NCBI GenBank assembly: GCA_041640655.1
Contig: JBEPZV010000056.1
Location: forward strand, 1 to 15,317
DNA length: 15,317 nt
From: a bacterium
GTDB lineage: Bacteria; Acidobacteriota; Blastocatellia; HR10
Direction of reading: 5' to 3'
The notes below the pieces were generated by a model that was not told the origin of the DNA, searched no databases, and worked only from the letters and a program-made list of their open reading frames with translations. Within the stretch, counting starts at the first letter, position 1, and each line of letters begins with the position of its first letter. The position numbers and the translations under genes are program-made. Below are positions 13,888-15,317 of the stretch, in pieces.

Positions 13888-15317
13888 ATGAGGTGGAGCA
13901 TTCGGCGGCCCGGTTTTTGGCAACTTGTGTTTCTGGTCATCTTGGGCTCCGGCCTCTACAGCACGGTCGTCCGGTTCACTGGAGGATTGGGGGCGAGCAC
14001 GGCCTTGAGCGATGCCTTCCCATGGGGCTTGTGGGTGGGCTTTGACGTCCTCTGTGGGGTCGCGCTGGCCGCCGGAGGATTCACCATCAGCGCCGTCGTC
14101 TACATCTTCAACATCGAGCGATTTCGACCGATCATTCGCCCGACGATCCTCACGGCCTTCCTCGGATACCTACTGGTTATCGTGGCCCTGCTCTTCGATC
14201 TGGGGCGCCCCTATCGCATCTGGCATCCGCTGGTCATGTGGAACCCCCATTCGGTGATGTTCGAGGTGGCCTGGTGCGTCATGCTCTACACCACAGTGCT
14301 CGCGCTGGAATTCAGCCCGATGGTCTTCGAACGCTTGAGGCTCCACAGACCGCTTCGGATCCTGCACGCGCTGACGGTGCCGTTGGTCATTCTCGGCGTC
14401 ATCCTCTCGACGCTCCATCAATCCTCGCTCGGCTCGCTCTATCTGATCGTGCCGGAGAAGCTGCATCCGCTCTGGTACTCGCCGCTTCTGCCCGTCCTCT
14501 TCTTCATCTCGGCCATCGCGCTCGGGTGCGCGATGACCATCTTCGAGTCGTTCCTGAGCTACCGGGCGTTCCGGAAACGACTGGAGATTGATCTGCTCAC
14601 CGATCTGGGCAAGGTGATCGTCGTCGCGCTGGCCGTGTATCTGGTGCTGAAGGTTCAGGATTTGGCCGGGCGCAATGCGCTCACTCGCGTCTTCGAGCCG
14701 ACATACGAGGCGCGGATGTTCCTGGCCGAGATGATGCTCGGCGTGATCGGTCCCATGCTGTTGCTGAGCGTGCGCCGCATTCGGACGGATCATTTCGGTT
14801 TGTTCGTCTCCGCCCTTCTGGTCGTCCTGGGCTTCATCATGAACCGGTTGAATGTGAGCATCACGGGGATGGAGGCCTCCTCCGGCGTCTCGTACTTTCC
14901 GAGCTGGACCGAGCTTTCGGTGACCTTCATGATCGTAGCACTGGGATTCGCCCTGTTCGGGTTGGCGGTGAAATATCTGCCCGTCTTTCCGGAGATGGAG
15001 CGGGAGGTCGCAGTCCCACCGGCCGTCGCCGTTCTCCGAAGACCGTGGATCGGGACGACACCTCTGATCCTGATCCTCGGCGGAATCGTCTTCTTCGGCG
15101 CCCTCGGCGTGGCCTACAGCGGCCTGTCCTATCGCGAGCGGGCTCTCGCCGCCCCGCCTCGCCTCGAAGAAGAAGAGCCGGACATTGCCGAAGGACTGGA
15201 GCGCTTGAACATCCCACCGGACGTCACGTTCCCGCAGGGGGAGGGGAGCCCGGGGCCGGTCACGTTCCGACATGCTTCGCACATCAACTGGGAGCGACCG
15301 GACTGCACCGTGTGTCA
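13888..15317 (+). CDS. hybB: NrfD/PsrC-family integral membrane subunit (HybB/HmcC-like) with a C-terminal extra TM helix and the start of a c-type cytochrome domain; 3'-truncated by the window
   Basis: Not in the ORF track because it has no stop in the window. Manual translation from ATG 13888 (RBS AAGGAGGG) is open for 476 codons: MRWSIRRPGFWQLVFLVIL...LSDAFPWGLWVGFDVLCGVALAAGGF...DLGRPYRIWHP..MWNPHSVMFEVAWCVMLYTTVLALEF...LSTLHQSSLGSLYLIVPEKLHPLWYSP...NRLNV...YFPSWTE...KYLPVFPE, then TM PLILILGGIVFFGALGVAYSGL and ...SPGPVTFRHASHINWERPDCTVC(H/Q). Confidence 0.88.
   Translation, partial: MRWSIRRPGFWQLVFLVILGSGLYSTVVRFTGGLGASTALSDAFPWGLWVGFDVLCGVALAAGGFTISAVVYIFNIERFRPIIRPTILTAFLGYLLVIVALLFDLGRPYRIWHPLVMWNPHSVMFEVAWCVMLYTTVLALEFSPMVFERLRLHRPLRILHALTVPLVILGVILSTLHQSSLGSLYLIVPEKLHPLWYSPLLPVLFFISAIALGCAMTIFESFLSYRAFRKRLEIDLLTDLGKVIVVALAVYLVLKVQDLAGRNALTRVFEPTYEARMFLAEMMLGVIGPMLLLSVRRIRTDHFGLFVSALLVVLGFIMNRLNVSITGMEASSGVSYFPSWTELSVTFMIVALGFALFGLAVKYLPVFPEMEREVAVPPAVAVLRRPWIGTTPLILILGGIVFFGALGVAYSGLSYRERALAAPPRLEEEEPDIAEGLERLNIPPDVTFPQGEGSPGPVTFRHASHINWERPDCTVC

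Noticed and set aside
14170..15282. 370-aa minus-strand ORF
   Set aside because: It is the antisense shadow of the HybB-like gene, which the ORF track missed because that gene runs off the window.
12969..15317. Calling the locus a [NiFe]-hydrogenase 2 or formate dehydrogenase operon
   Set aside because: No catalytic or maturation subunit is visible; only the electron-transfer and membrane subunits are present.

Overview
GC-rich bacterial DNA from a diderm, LPS-exporting organism; the gene order and the very long LptC/LptA-type protein suggest Acidobacteriota or a similar lineage, which is an inference. Bases 1-9715 (+) form a tightly coupled housekeeping cluster: the 3' end of a probable recJ, a 747-aa LptC/LptA-repeat protein, lptB, rpoN (sigma-54), long hpf, hprK, rapZ, a mannose-type EIIA, HPr and Enzyme I. 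This PTS has no EIIB/EIIC permease in the window. Bases 9928-15317 form an accessory redox locus. On the - strand it holds a Tat-type, diheme split-Soret/C_GCAxxG_C_C-family cytochrome. Divergently on the + strand it holds two tandem GcvH-fold proteins that lack the lipoyl-lysine (one with an N-terminal 4-Cys motif, one with an N-terminal membrane anchor), a HybA/FdnH-type 4x[4Fe-4S] protein, and a HybB/HmcC (NrfD-family) membrane protein. That last protein appears fused to a c7/c3-type cytochrome domain, is cut by the window end and is absent from the supplied ORF track. The three predicted transcription units of this locus each have a correctly spaced sigma-54 -24/-12 element. The divergent intergenic region also has a perfect 17-bp palindrome in two identical copies plus one degenerate copy, which are candidate enhancer sites. 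The most interesting candidate system is this sigma-54-controlled module of non-lipoylated H-protein-like proteins, a quinone-interacting HybAB-cytochrome and a split-Soret cytochrome.
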